A stretch of DNA of 62,690 nucleotides, counting the filler. It is 15 parts of 15 records of this genome, joined end to end, with 100 filler letters (N's around TTAATTAATTAA, not from the genome) between each part and the next. Parts side by side here need not be neighbours in the genome. Positions count along the whole stretch, not along the records: positions 22,990 to 28,654 come from SRR7504441_28434; positions 28,755 to 32,247 come from SRR7504441_28502; positions 32,348 to 36,069 come from SRR7504441_28658; positions 36,170 to 39,337 come from SRR7504441_28675; 11 more parts are not named here. The stretch is one strand, 5' to 3'. The notes below the pieces were generated by a model. It had not been told where the DNA came from. It made no database searches and saw only the letters and a program-made list of their open reading frames with translations. The number at the start of each line of letters is the position of its first letter. Position 1 is the first letter of the stretch. This document shows positions 23,129 through 36,204 of the stretch, piece by piece. The translations under genes and the position numbers were made by a program.

Positions 23129-24611
23129 ATGCTCTTCGGAAAGCTCCGGGGCAACGGGGCCATCGTCGGCTGGGTGGCGCTGCAGGCCGGGCTAGCCTGG
23201 CGAGCCGGCTGGAGCTGGGGGCAGGGATGCTCCTCCGTCGGGCTGATCATGTGCAACCGCTACCTGGCCCTGTACCTGCACCAGCCCGTGCTCACGCTGG
23301 TGCGCCCCCAGCCCTAGCTCCACTCTACTCGCCGGCCGCTCGGGCGGGGCTCGTCGACGGTGTCGCGTAGAGGCACAGGCTGGGTCGACAGGCCAGCGGC
23401 CGTGTGTCTGAGCTGAGCGGCGTCTGAGCCCGGGCCGGCAGGTCTGCCAGAACATGACGGCCACTCTCCTGTCGCTGTGCGTCTGGTGAGAGTCAGCAGC
23501 CCGGCGGCCAGCTGACTGGCGGGCCCCAGGATGCTCGGGATCGGCAACACGATGAAGCGATGGCAGCTCGAGCACTTTGTGCGCGTGGTGCGTTGCGCCC
23601 CCGGACTAGTCTATAGATTTGAATCAGCCAGCTTCCCTGCCAGTGCCTCCGTAGACCAGGCCGTGCCGCGACTGTTATTCAGGCGGGGGCAGGTACCGCT
23701 GACTGTAGTGTTCTCCCTACTGCTCTTTACGTCATTTAAGACGCTTTCGTTTGTCTCAGTGGCCACAGTTGTTGTTTTCCGCAACTCTTCGCCGTTTTTC
23801 ACTGCGATAGCTGAGCGCACGGTCAATGGGACTCAGATATCCAACAAGTCAATGGTAATCCTGGTCATGCTGATTGTGGGCGCTGTCATCTTCTCATACG
23901 ACGATATCACATTCAGTGCCATCGGGTATGGCTGGGGCCTGGCCAATCTCACATGCACAGTGGTGGCTGGGATGTTTGGAAAGAGCTTCGCGATGGGGCT
24001 CAAGTCGGAGCAGACTGGTCTCGGACTCTCGTGCTATCAGAACATAGTTTCGGTCCCCACACTCGCACTGCTAGCAATGGCCACAGGCGAATTTTTCGAG
24101 TGGACTCCCTGGTACCTAGCCACCCTCTTTCCCGCAGCTCAGCTAGTCTTCGGACTCTCGTGCTGCTGGTGTGTCACAATAGGCATTGCGACATTCGAGT
24201 TGCAGCGTCTGGTGCCGCAGACAACTGTGACAGTGTGCAACGTCTCGTACAAGCTGATCACGCTCATTGTCAACGCAGCGCTGTTTGGCAACAATGTGGG
24301 TCTAGTCGGGATGTTCGGGCTCATGATCGCCCAGGGGTGCCTCCACTAGTCGAGCCCTGTCCCGTGTTACAGCCCCCAATCCACTAGAAGTGACTCGATG
24401 GCTGTGCAGGTGTGCAGTGCTTTACATTCTAGAGCGGACCAGAGAAGCGCAGGCTAAGACCGAGCTTCCAACCACCCGCCCAGCCGAATTATCTACCGAA
24501 CAACTTGCAGAGTCGTCCGATGTGCAAAAGACGCCCACTGGTACTGCAGAGGTACTAAGGTCAAGGCCGGAAGCGCCTACAGTGGATGGTGACAATGAAA
24601 AGGAGGTGTGA
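23129..24611 (+). CDS. Nucleotide-sugar transporter (TPT/SLC35, GDP-mannose transporter-like), multi-exon
   Basis: Multiple TM segments; SSVGLIMCNRY, VATVVVFRNSSPFFTAIAE, SCYQN and TTVTVCNVSYK. Confidence 0.8.
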
Positions 24612-25080
24612 CACAGCCTATCGTGGATGTAAGCCCTTACTACTCTCATTCTCTCTTTAAACTCTCCGGAGCTAGCGCTCTCGTCGAATGCATGCAGTAG
24701 GGGTCTAATTCATTATTGAACATTGTATAATTATTATAGAGTGAGCTCTAGCTAGTAAGTCTGCTTGAGCACCGTATTAATTAAACGGTACCGTATTAAT
24801 GGCATAATTATAACACATTACATGTAGTTCTAATGTAGTTCAACCATGCTTTTAGTATTCATGCTGGGTCTCGCGTTAGCACTCTAGCCAAGAAGATTCA
24901 CCGGTGATTTATGTGCAAGATCTCACAGACCGATCACAGACTTCCGTCTAACTACGTACTCGTACGAGTAACTACAATTATGAATTCTCATATTGCTGAA
25001 CTCGTTATCGTGAATACTCACAAGTAATTTGCGCAGTGCCTCAACCACCATTCTTGGATAGAAATAGATAGACCGCAGAT

Positions 25081-28000
25081 CTACAACATGAATGTCGCTT
25101 CCTTCGACCCACGCGGTCCAGAGGTGGGGGCGGCATCATCCGGCTTTTGGGCCAGCTGGTTTCGCTGGATAACCACATTCTCCCTCGGGCCCATGCTTGG
25201 CACTTGTTTCCCCCGGAACCAAGGGCCTGCCTGCTTTGCAAATCCAGGCTTGGCCTGGTTCCAGTCATATCTAAAGTCATTCTCAGACGACTTGGCGCCA
25301 AGCTCAGTCCTTCCAAGTACAATGTCCTGAGCGTTGGCCACGTCTTGGTACTCATTTTCTGGGTCGGCCACAGCACGCTTCACCTGGGAGCCCTCTTTAG
25401 TGAGCCAGCTCTCGAGTTGGACGTTTTCGAAAAGCGAATCTCGTCTCTGCGAGCCAGGGGTGCGGATGGCCTCCACCAGTCCAGGCCGGAAGACAGTGAG
25501 ATATGATTTGTAGGTGAACTTTGGGAGCATGCACACTACTATAGTGATGGGCACGTTGAACCAGAACCTGGTGACTGCCGAAACTATGTACATGCCCATG
25601 TATCCATCCGCGTTGCCATCTACGTTGTTGAGGATTGAGGCTGGCAGGGCAGTGTACGCGTATGCAAAGACAAACCAGAGGGCAATCACTGCCCAGTATG
25701 CCCAGTGGTGGTACTTGGTGAAGTGAAGCGTGTCGATTGCCAGCCGGAAAGTCACAATCACAATCAGACTGGTCATGCAAATCCAGCCCAAATCGATCAT
25801 GCCCAGACTTTTGCCGTCGTTGCTCACTGCGTTGGCCATGTAGAAGTAACTGCAGACGTAGATCATCGCAGCAGCCCAAGCGCCATCGAGACACCAGATC
25901 CCGAGCGTTGTATAGTCAAACAACTCGTTTGTGTGACCCTTCTTGTACAGTGAAGGGTTGACAAGTGAGTTCTCTGCAGAGACATCTTGCTCAAAGAAGC
26001 CGATGACCAGCACTCCAAATGATGAAAAGATGATATTGTACAGTGTGGCAACCATATTGTCGTAGAATAGAACTCCAGAAAATCCAGCAGTAAACGACTG
26101 AAAGACAAGAGTGTAGCCGTAGATGATACTCTTGTAGAAGAAGTAGTTGATAATCAAGGCGAGCCTGTAATACAGCCACCGGCCATGCACGAGCATCAGC
26201 CTGAGCAAATATTGAAATTGAGTAATCGCAAAATCTGAATTGTTCACAGCTTGCGTGCCCTCGAGCCCCGCAATTCCAATGCCAACATGTGCCTCCTTAA
26301 TCATCGACACGTCATTGGCACCGTCACCAATTGACAGAGTGATCTGTCCAAGTTCAGTCTTCAGCAGGTGGGTGATTTCCTTCTTTTGGACTGGCTGCAG
26401 CCGGCAGGCCACAACGCTCTTGAAATCCTTTGCCAGTTGAATAAACTGCAATTGGCACTTGCGCATTGCCAAGAGATCATCGGAGATGTTATGCGGGGTT
26501 GGATCGCCGCACACCTTTGCCTTCAGACCATCTCTGGCTTGCTCGGCAGCCTCGATTTGGAACAGCTCTGTTTCAGTGATACATCCGAATCCCATCTGCT
26601 TGAGAGCAGCAGCTGGGACAACGAGCCCGAGGCGCTTGTGTTCCATCATGTCGACGGGCGAGAAAGCAACATAACGATCCTGACACGCACCCGTCATTGG
26701 GAGCCGAATTGACGAGGACGCCCACCTGAGCCCGGCTGTCTAGCTGGTTGAAGGATTCCTGGCAAATGTCGGTGAGCCAGCTGAATTCTTCGTCCTCTGC
26801 CGCCTGTACCAACAGATAATTAGACACACAGGAAGAAGGGGTGGCGTATCTGTACCTCGCCTGCCGATGTTGCACGGTTCAGGCCGTCTGCTGATGTGCA
26901 TTGCCGGTACCAGCGGGTGTCAGATACGATCTGCTTGCGGATCTGCAGTGTGTGTCAAGCGCACAGCCTTGATCCATTCTAGCCGAGCAGCCAGGGCTCT
27001 TGAAAATCTTAGTGGCAAGCTACCGGGCACATCTTGCGGCCAGTAGCGTAGTAGTCCGTTATTGCCTGAAGCTGACACATGTGCCTTGCCACCAAGCGCT
27101 GTGCATCGCTCATGCCTGCAATCACAGTCAAGCTGTGGCTGCAAGCAGGCAAGCAAGCAGAGCGGCTGGTTGCTAAGCTACTCCTGCTTCTTAAGCAATA
27201 GTTAGGCCTGATCAGGCAGCGGCTCAGGGATGGCGTTGGGCACCGGCAGGATCAAGGACGGTTGCATCTGGATCTGGATCAGTGAACGGCCACACAGTCT
27301 GTCCCCCAATCAGCACCCCAACCATGCTGGTCTAAACCTATACTATCAGCCCTAGGGTAGCACGATGGTCACCTGGTCCATTTTGACTGGCCCGAGGTAG
27401 ACCAGGTCCATCTTGGGCCACGGCCTGAGCAGCTGGCACGCGTGGCCAATCATGACTGCGGTCTCCACTTTATCGCCGGTGCACATCCACGTGTGCACTC
27501 CGGAGTCGGCTAGGGTGGCCAGCACATGTCCCACGTTCTCCTGCAGCCGGTCTTCAATCCCGACCGCGCCCAGCACATGAAGCCCGCCCCCGTGTGCCAG
27601 CCCGACCTCTGCCTGATCACGAAGCGCCTGCATTTGAGCCTCGATTTGCTCCTTGGGCGACATACTCGAGTACTTTCTTGGGCTAACAGCAAGCGTGCGC
27701 GGAGTGAAGGAGCCAGCATCGGGAGCCTTCAAAGTCTGTGGCATTTTGCCTGATTTCTCGGCTTGGAGGATCATTTCCCACTTGGGAGCCCAATTGTCGA
27801 ACTCCTCCTGACTCATTTCACGGCTGGCGTACATCATTGTCCGCAGACCGGAGGCTGCCATACTTGTGACATGATCCATCGTGTGCTTGAGCCGTTCCGA
27901 CGTATCGCCCGACTTCTCAAGCATCTCAATGATGACTGAGTCGGCACCCTTGAGGAACACTTTCAACGAGCCGTCCGGCATTCTCACCACCACACCGGCC

Positions 28001-28654
28001 CGCTTGAGGTGCGAAGTGAACTTGAGACTGTACAGTACCTGGAAGCTGTGCTGCTGGAACTGCATTGGGTGGCTGGGAACCAGCGTCTGCTGCCGCTGGA
28101 TGACCTTAGTCACGTGCCGGCTCAGCTCCATCGCCGGCTCGACCGGCAGTCCGGCCACCACGTCTTGTGAAGTCTGCTCGGACCGGCCGCACGCGATGTT
28201 GACTTTAAACTCCTTGCCCTTGTCGTTGGACTCGAGCGCGGCGAATTCGAACCCTAGATGCCGGGCCGCGAGCACCAGAGCCGAGTCGTCCGGGCTCTGC
28301 GCCGAGTAGACGATTTTGTGCTCCGAACTCTCGTCGTGCAGCGGGACGACCTCGTGGCAGAGCGACATGGCCAGCAGAAGGTCCTCGGCGTGCTGCCGCT
28401 CGGTCTCGGTCAGTTTGCCGTTGTTCTCGGACTTGAGCCAGGCGTAGTCACTGATCCTCCGATCGTAAAAGAGGAAGTCTCGCATCTGAGTCTGTGAAGA
28501 TTCAAACAGCCTTGGGCTGGCGGGGGGCGACATGTTTGGATTCTCCTGCTTCTTGATCTCGAGGTCCACTTCGGTCATGCCTTCCCCGTACATTTCGGGG
28601 CCGCCAGTTGAGAGCTTGAGCAGGGCCATCTTGTTCTGGGTGAGCGTGCCGGTC
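25081..28654 (-). CDS. P4-type phospholipid-flipping ATPase, 5'-truncated, multi-exon
   Basis: TGTLTQNKM at the contig edge, YSAQSPDD, LKGADS, GLRTM, IEDRLQ, WMCTGDKVETA, VACRLQPVQK, IGDGANDVSMI, YFFYKS and C-terminal TMs. Confidence 0.95.
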
Positions 28655-28754
28655 NNNNNNNNNNNNNNNNNNNNNNNNNNNNNNNNNNNNNNNNNNNNTT
28701 AATTAATTAANNNNNNNNNNNNNNNNNNNNNNNNNNNNNNNNNNNNNNNNNNNN

Positions 28755-28784
28755 GGTCACTTTTCGAACCCCTGTATTCCGGAA
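28755..28784. repeat. 30-bp inverted terminal repeat, left copy (probable transposon/MITE end)
   Basis: GGTCACTTTTCGAACCCCTGTATTCCGGAA is the exact reverse complement of 32218-32247. Confidence 0.9.
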
Positions 28785-28799
28785 TCTCGTGGACGACAG

Positions 28800-31700
28800 G
28801 CCGCGTGTCAAGTGGGAGAAAGACTTTGAAAAGGTGCGCTAGGGCCTGGGAGGGTTGCGATGGTGCTGGCAGTGCAACTTTGAAGAGATGTTTTGGATGA
28901 GCGACAAGGAGGTTGCCAAGATGGACAAGAAGACTGCCAAGCAGCCAGAGCCAAAGAAGGCCCGCGGGAGGGCTCCGATCACCATCATCGGCCAGCTGGC
29001 CGTGCCGGAGCGGGTGAATGTGCGCTGGATGCAGCTTCTGCTCGCGTTCAACCTGGATGAGGTGTTTCATCTGAGCCAGGACAACGTGCCCGGGCGGCTG
29101 GCCTCGCTGCTGCGCGACTCGGGGCTGTTCACCAGGATGAACTTCTGGATCCGGTGGGTGGACATCTGGCTGCGCGGGAACGGGATTCGCGGGCGCGGGC
29201 GGGTGCCCAAGTCGATCCTCATGATGCTCCGCGGGGTGATCAAGATTCTCCAGTGGAACCCGGCTCTGGCCAACAGCTTCGGCGACCTGAAGGACTGGCT
29301 GCTGCTCTCTCTCGAGCGGTTCACTAGGCTGGTGGAGCAGTCACCAGAGAGAGTCAAGCAGGTGAAACTGGCGACCCGGTTGGTTACTGACCGGTGCTGG
29401 GCCAGAATGGACCGAGGTCCGGGCTGGCGAGCCAGCTGATCATGTGCACTGTGTCGTTCTGCTCGAATGAGAAGGCGATAGGCACGGATGTGCTCGGGGA
29501 GCGGGCCAGGATGACCAACCTGATACAGCGGCTGTGGGCAGCTGTGTATGCTGTCGGCAGGGACGGGATCCTGATCGATGCAATCTTAGGGGCTTGTGCA
29601 TACTTGCTCACGCGATGCAACAGGATTGAGGCCGACGCGGTCAGGGAGAGGTACGAGGAGCTGTATCAGAGGCAGCTGGAGGAGGACTGCGATCCCGAGG
29701 TGATTCAGATTAACACAATCAAGTCTCGGATGGACCCTGGCAGCCGATGGGATAATCTGTGCTACAACTTGAAGGACGTGGAGGAGGGCAACGGGGTGCT
29801 GACAATGATGGGTCCAGACGTCAACCCGGATTGGGATGTGCTCCTGGGGAATCACGTGCACGTCCTGTCGCAGAACGAAAACTGTCGCACCGAGTTCGAC
29901 AATGCTATCAGGACGGCGTGCCAGGTGATTCGGCCCAGCTTGGCCAGCTGCGCGAGCCAAGCGGTGCCAGGTGAGGTGGATGGTCGTACAAATGGTGTTC
30001 AACATTGACGACAACCTCTCAACCACCAGGATACCTGGTCGCGCCCTCACCACCCAAGAGCTTGCCGACGAGATGATTCAGCGCGACAAAGCCAGCCAAC
30101 GCTCAGAAGGCGAGCGGCGGTGCCGATTCCAGGTGCAGGTGGACAAGGTATACCACTTGCTGTGCCCGTGCTCCAAGCTCTACAGAGACATGCACCACTC
30201 GGCGCACGACTCGGAGAAACTCAAAAACGAGGCCAGATTCAAGATGGCCCAAGCTAATTTCGACAAGTACGGAGACTCCAAATCGGCCGGGGAGCTGGAT
30301 AGAGCTCGCACTCGGGCGCTTGAGCTGCAGGACACAGACGTGCCCGACCTTTTCAATCAAGACTATGGAGTGCTGCAGGGAGTCTTCCGATCTGCGTTGC
30401 ACTTTCTCGCGCAGATGTTCAGGTCGTCGACAAACCACCACGACGAGCTTGGGGTTGCTTCGGTGTTCTCGCCGTACTGCGAGGTGGTGCGAGTGGTTCG
30501 ACTGCCTCCCGACCCACTTTCAGCTTACTTGAGCATCGAGGCGATTCTTTTCGATCTGATACGCAACCCTGCTGACCCCGTCAAGATTGCTTCAATCTTG
30601 TGTCTCTCGCACATGCGGTCCGAGAAATTTGACAAGGGTGCGACAGAGCAGATGGTCAAATTGCTCTCGCACTGTGCTAATGCGACAGCTGGTCAGATGG
30701 AGGACGTGCTTGTAGGTGTGATCAACACACTGCTGCAGATATCGAATGTCGAAGGCCGGTTCGGGCAGGAGTTCCGTGAGCAGTACGGCAAGGAGATCGT
30801 GCTCGGCTGCCTGCAGATCTTCAAGCAGCTAGCAATGCCCAATCCACTCGACCTGTCGTTGGCTGAGACGAACGAGAAGGACCGACTCTGTGCAGCTGGC
30901 CTGACAATGCTCCAGGCTGCAGAGTTGTGGTATCAGCCAGGTGCAAAGGCGAGTGATCCTGAGCAGCCTATCTGCCTGAAAGAGTTCCAGAAAGAGTCGG
31001 TGGTGCGGCTGAGCTTATGTCTGGCTTGTGACAGTCTGGCTGTAGGAGGCTGACGTCAAGACTATCCTGAGAATGGACGAAGTCCACAATTCTATCACAC
31101 ACCCTATCCCAATCGAGGAGACGATGGCGCTCGGCTCTGTCGACAGGTGGAATAGTCGTCGCTAGTCGTCGCTAGTTGTTGGTAGTCGTCGATAGTTGTC
31201 GCTTGGCTCTGTCGATAGTTGCCGAACCTCCGCTCAGTGCTGTCGCTGGCTATCGCAGGTGTCTCGACTACCTCGAACAGTGCAGAAGCAGCAATAAGAG
31301 CTCGTATATTGCCACCAGAATTGTTCGGCGGTGCACCTGCATGGGCTGCCCTACTGAGCTGGCTGTGCGCAGGATCGCCAAATTACTTGAGGGATCGGCC
31401 GTTTCTCGGGCAAAAGTGGACTTGGACAAGCATGATAACGCGGAGGAGGCGAAGAGGCGGGAACAGAACGCAGTAGCTGCGCTCAAGGACGGGCATTTCG
31501 AGGAGCACAGCCATACGGCAGACTTCCATGGGACTACGTACTTTTGCGATCCTCTGCTGCGCGAGAAAATCGCGCATCGACGCGAAGAGAGCGACCTCCA
31601 GCACTACAAGGCTTTGTTTGGGCCGTTCACGAGTGTGGTAGAGCCAGCAGCTCAGCAGCGAATTCGTGAGGAGATGTATGCGTCTTTCGATGAGCAGAAC

Positions 31701-32196
31701 ACACACAGACAAGTAGTGGACCAGCTGTTTGCTTCGGCCATTGGCGAGGCATTCGATCAAACAGAACAGGAGGACGCTGTCGACACTGACGTGGGCGATA
31801 AGTAAGCCATACGTGTGGTATACCTATGTGACTGCTTTCTGGCAGGCGATTTGCTGAGAGGCATGCACAGAGGAACGGGCTGCCGTGGTCTATCAATCTA
31901 TGGACGATACACCAGCTTGCAGTGTACGACGAGGGCACGCCAACTACACCCGCAGGGAGATCTCAGGGCCGGATTTCGTCTCAGCATCAAGATCAGATGA
32001 AGCTGCGCCCCGAGATGATAGACAATGTACAGCAGCTGTACAGCGCCATGCGGCGGTCTGATAGTCTACCCAAGGGCCTGCTTTTATGGCTGTCTGCAGG
32101 TACGATGAGCTGTATTTGCGCACTCGACGGGGAGAACCATTTGCAGCGAATGCGCTTGAGGCGCCTCGCCACCTGAAGATCCCAGCCAAGATGCCG
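28800..32196 (+). CDS. Internal part of a large alpha-helical (ARM/HEAT-like) hypothetical protein, multi-exon, truncated at both ends
   Basis: Consecutive + strand ORFs (28855-29439, 29394-30008, 29971-31053, 31176-31805) are joined by short GT-AG introns. No start or stop is seen. Confidence 0.7.
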
Positions 32197-32217
32197 GTGG
32201 GGCCGTGTACCCTCAGC

Positions 32218-32247
32218 TTCCGGAATACAGGGGTTCGAAAAGTGACC
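32218..32247. repeat. 30-bp inverted terminal repeat, right copy
   Basis: TTCCGGAATACAGGGGTTCGAAAAGTGACC at the contig end. Confidence 0.9.
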
Positions 32248-32677
32248 NNNNNNNNNNNNNNNNNNNNNNNNNNNNNNNNNNNNNNNNNNNNTTAATTAAT
32301 TAANNNNNNNNNNNNNNNNNNNNNNNNNNNNNNNNNNNNNNNNNNNNGCTCTCCGGGCAGAGCATGGAAGAGATGCAAGCGATGCTTATATTGAGGAATG
32401 ATCCGGGAATGCTTGAGCAGCAGTTGGACATCCTGATGGGGAGGAAAAGGGTGTGAGCTCACGAGGGCAATACGAGGGCGGGGCGATACCTTGAATGTTT
32501 GCCTTCGGGCGAATGCGGTATACAAGCATGTTGTATATATAGCCAAGAATAAAGTCAATCTACAGTTTAACTTTTCTACGTAACATTATAGTACTCGTAT
32601 TTCCAGGACCAGGCTCGATGGAGCACAACTAATTACTTGCGCAAAGCTTCTACACTCGCTTAACACCCTCGCATTGA

Positions 32678-33745
32678 TTACATTAGCACACACCCGCATT
32701 CGCCTTTGGACGTGTCCATGTTGTCGTGCTTCGGGAACTTGGGGCCCAGAATGCACTTGACCTGCCGCTGCTCAGCCCGCCGGCACATCCGGGCGCACCA
32801 GGTATTTGTTCAGGCTCAGAGTCTTGCCCGAGTACTTGGCCACCTCCTTCCTCTCGCTCAGGTAGTCGTCCAGCACGTCCACCCCAGGGATCGGGTCCAC
32901 CCTACCAGCCCCCTCCCCCAGCTGCCCGGCCGGCCGGCCCACCTTCTGTTGTATTCGTCCACTATATCGTCCTCCTCTGTGCACATCATCACACTTATGT
33001 ACACCTGCGGGTGCTTCCCACTGATGATCCGGCGGAGCTGGTCGAAGTTGACGTCGCTCGGCACCCCGTCGGTCATCACCATCACTAGCCGGTCCGTCTC
33101 TAGCCAGTCGGGATTCGTGTACTGACTCAGCAAGCTCCCGAGCGGCGTGCTCCCGCCCGGCTCAGCCCAGCTCCAGCACGCGTTCAGATCGGCGTGGTTC
33201 TTGATGATGTTCTTGCCGCCCCGGTTCAGGAACCGGAGCTCGAACCCGCCGTCGTCGTCCACAAGCAGCAGGATATCCAGTAGCTGGGCCAGCCGGAGCC
33301 GAAGCTCGTCCCATCTAGTGGAGCGCTTCTTCCGGTCGGCCACGGTGCGCATGCTGCCCGAGTCGTCTGCGATCACCACCACCTCTGTCCCGGCCCAGCC
33401 CACCAGGTCCTCCACCATGCCGTACTCCAGGTCCAGCGCACGGGCCACCGAGGCGCACTTGGCTGCCAGAGTGTTCTCCGGCCTCGCGCCGGCCATCCGG
33501 AAGCCTGTGGCGCTCTGATGGCCGAAGGGCACGGTCACCAGACCGGTCGGCCGGGCAGGGGGAGCCTGCTTGGAGTAGGCCGGCAGCTGGTCGGCCTGGC
33601 TCTGCTTGATTCGCTGGGCCGCCGACAGCGGGTCGCCGCCGGTGGCGTTGAGCGCCGAGCGGGCTTGCTCGCGGGAGCAGCCCTGCTCCTGAGAGAGAAG
33701 GAAGGACGGTGCGCGAGACAGCATCAGGCCCTCCGTCGACGCCAT
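32678..33745 (-). CDS. UBA-like + vWA domain protein with a C-terminal CaaX box, 2 introns
   Basis: GCSREQARSALNATGGD (UBA-like); VVIADDSGSM (MIDAS), GSTPLG, VMTDGVP, VDVLDDY. The spliced end reads ...KGECGCVLM*. Confidence 0.8.
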
Positions 33746-33912
33746 TGCTAGGGTTGACGTGCAATGTGGCCCGGTCGACCTATGCCCCTAGCCCTGCGAG
33801 CGTTGAGCCGGGCCGTTGAAAAACGAGCAGTTCAGAGCAGTGCGCTGCAGCACAGGCTGACAGCGGTCCAGGCACTTAGTCAGGCTCGGCGCCCGTGCAC
33901 GGTCGGCTGGGC

Positions 33913-36069
33913 ATGAGCTTCCAGCCGGGAGATGAGGTCTGGTATGCTCGACAGGGCGGTACCGCGCGCCCTGCGCCCGGGCTGACGGGCTCGGCAGACC
34001 AGGAGGAGGGCGCTGGAGTGTTCGCGGCCAGCGTGGTGCGGTCGGACGACAAGACCGTCACCGCGCTGATCCAGGACCCGGCCTGCGACCTGGACGGCCA
34101 GGCGACTCGCGCCTGCGGTCCAGTGGTGACCCGGCGCAGGAGGTGGAGTGTGCCAACAGCGACGAGACTGACTGGAAGCGGGGCAACGTCTATCTCAAAG
34201 ACGCCCAGTTCGCCCCGGGCGTGCCCACCGGGTATGACGACCTGGTGCTCCTCCGGTGCGCCTGCTGCTGCCGGCCGGCTGGAGCGCGGCTGCAGCTACC
34301 TGAACGACGCGGAGCTGAGTCGCAACCTGCAGATGCGTTTCGAAAAGGTGATCCGGGCCGGGGCCGGGCCTGACCGGGCGGGCAGGACCTGAGCTACTGC
34401 TACTGCGGCAACACCTGCGTGGCGATCAATCTGTTCTATCGAGGCCAGTCCGAAGAGGATTCGCCGCACGACTGGCAGACTGGCAAGGTGGCCTGCCAGC
34501 GCACGCAGTGGGGTGTTGAGCCATTGCAGGTGGCGAACGTGTTCTCTGACGAGGTCAAGCAGCAGTACGTGGGCCAGGCCCGGTGACTGCTGCCAGCCGG
34601 CAGCGCGCGGTGAGCGGGGGGCAGCGACCAGAACCCACCGCACATTTACGCGATCGTCGAGGAGGCGTTTGAAGCTCTGTTCAATCGGACAGTGCACGGA
34701 CCGCCCAAGAAGCAGGCGATCGTGATCACCGGTAACTCGCCCCGCGGCAGCTGGGCTGAGCGGAGGGCAGGCGAGTCGGGGGCCGGGAAGACCTTCACTA
34801 CATACAAAGTGCTCGACTATGTCGACGCGATCAACCAGTCCAGCTGCCGGGCCAACGGTCGAGAGGCTAGCCCGATCACAGCCAAGATCAAGGCCACCAT
34901 GCCAATTATGGTGCCTGTCCGCCGCAGCTGGCCGCTGATCGCTGGGTGACAGGATGCTTGGGGCAACGCCACGATGCCTCGGGTGCGACTGCACGCTGCA
35001 GGCAATGAGCTGGGTGGGACAGAACGACGACTCGTCCCGGTTCGGCAAGCTGTATCGGATCGTGTTCGACAAGCGCACCAAGGAGGTGGTCGGGGCGATG
35101 GTCACGCCGTATCTGCTGGAGAAGTCTCGCGTGTGCCAGCAATCAAACTGGGAGCGAGGGTTCCACATCTTCTACCAGATGATCTACGGCGCCGACTCAG
35201 GCCTGCGTCAACGGCTCAAGCTCAAACCGATCAGCCAGTGCGTGCCCTGCCTGACTGGCTTGGTGGCGGCTGAGACTGGTGCAGGTACCACTATCTGAAC
35301 CGGCACTTGAAGGACGGGCACACCGCAGCTGATGACGCTCCTGCAATCGAAGTGGACGGAGACGTGTGTCTGTTCCATGTGTGCGACCGCTCGCAGGAGC
35401 CTCAGCTGGTGGACGTTAACAAGAAGGGCAAGCGGTTGGTAGACGATGGCCAGAACTTTAACAACGACACTCTGCCGGCGCTGCGGGACTGTGGCTTCTC
35501 TGAGACGAGTGCGGCTGGCTGCTCGGTTGTGGGCATGACGGCGGACAGGCATTGAGGAGATACTGGCCATCACGTCAGGCGTGCTTTTGCTTGGGAATGT
35601 GCAATACAACGAGTCTGAGCCAATGGACAACGGAAAGATTCTGGACGAGCAGCCGCTCAATGAGGTGACCGTTGGGTGAGGCCGGGGTGGACTGGTGGCA
35701 GGTGGCGGAGTTGTGGCAAGTGGACGCGGCGCAATTTAAAAAGGGGCTGCTGCACGGGCTTAAAGGGACCACCCAGACCAACTACTCAAACCAAGCAGCC
35801 GCCCGATTCAGGGATGGGCTAGCCCGGGCTGTCTACAACGACATTTTCGTCGAGATCATCGAGCAATTCTCCAAGCGGCTGGCGTGTGACGTGGACTTGT
35901 CGTCGAACAGCCAGACGTTTATGGCTGTACTCGACATATTTGGTTTCGAGTTTGTCGAGGATAAGAAGCTGGTGGCAGGCCGGTCCAGGCTGTCGACTGA
36001 GCCGGAGAGCGCAGATACCCGGCAAGCTGGTCAATTCACTTGAGCAGTTTTGCATCAACTTGTGCAACG
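33913..36069 (+). CDS. Myosin motor domain, about 14 short introns, 3'-truncated
   Basis: YLNDAELSRNLQMRF, NPPHIYAI, ITG|ESGAGKT, GNATMPR|NDDSSRFGK, YLLEKSRV, ERGFHIFYQ, VLDIFGFE, NSLEQFCINLCN. Confidence 0.95.
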
Positions 36070-36204
36070 NNNNNNNNNNNNNNNNNNNNNNNNNNNNNNN
36101 NNNNNNNNNNNNNTTAATTAATTAANNNNNNNNNNNNNNNNNNNNNNNNNNNNNNNNNNNNNNNNNNNNTATATCTCTGATAAAAGGTTTATACTCTCTG
36201 GTGT

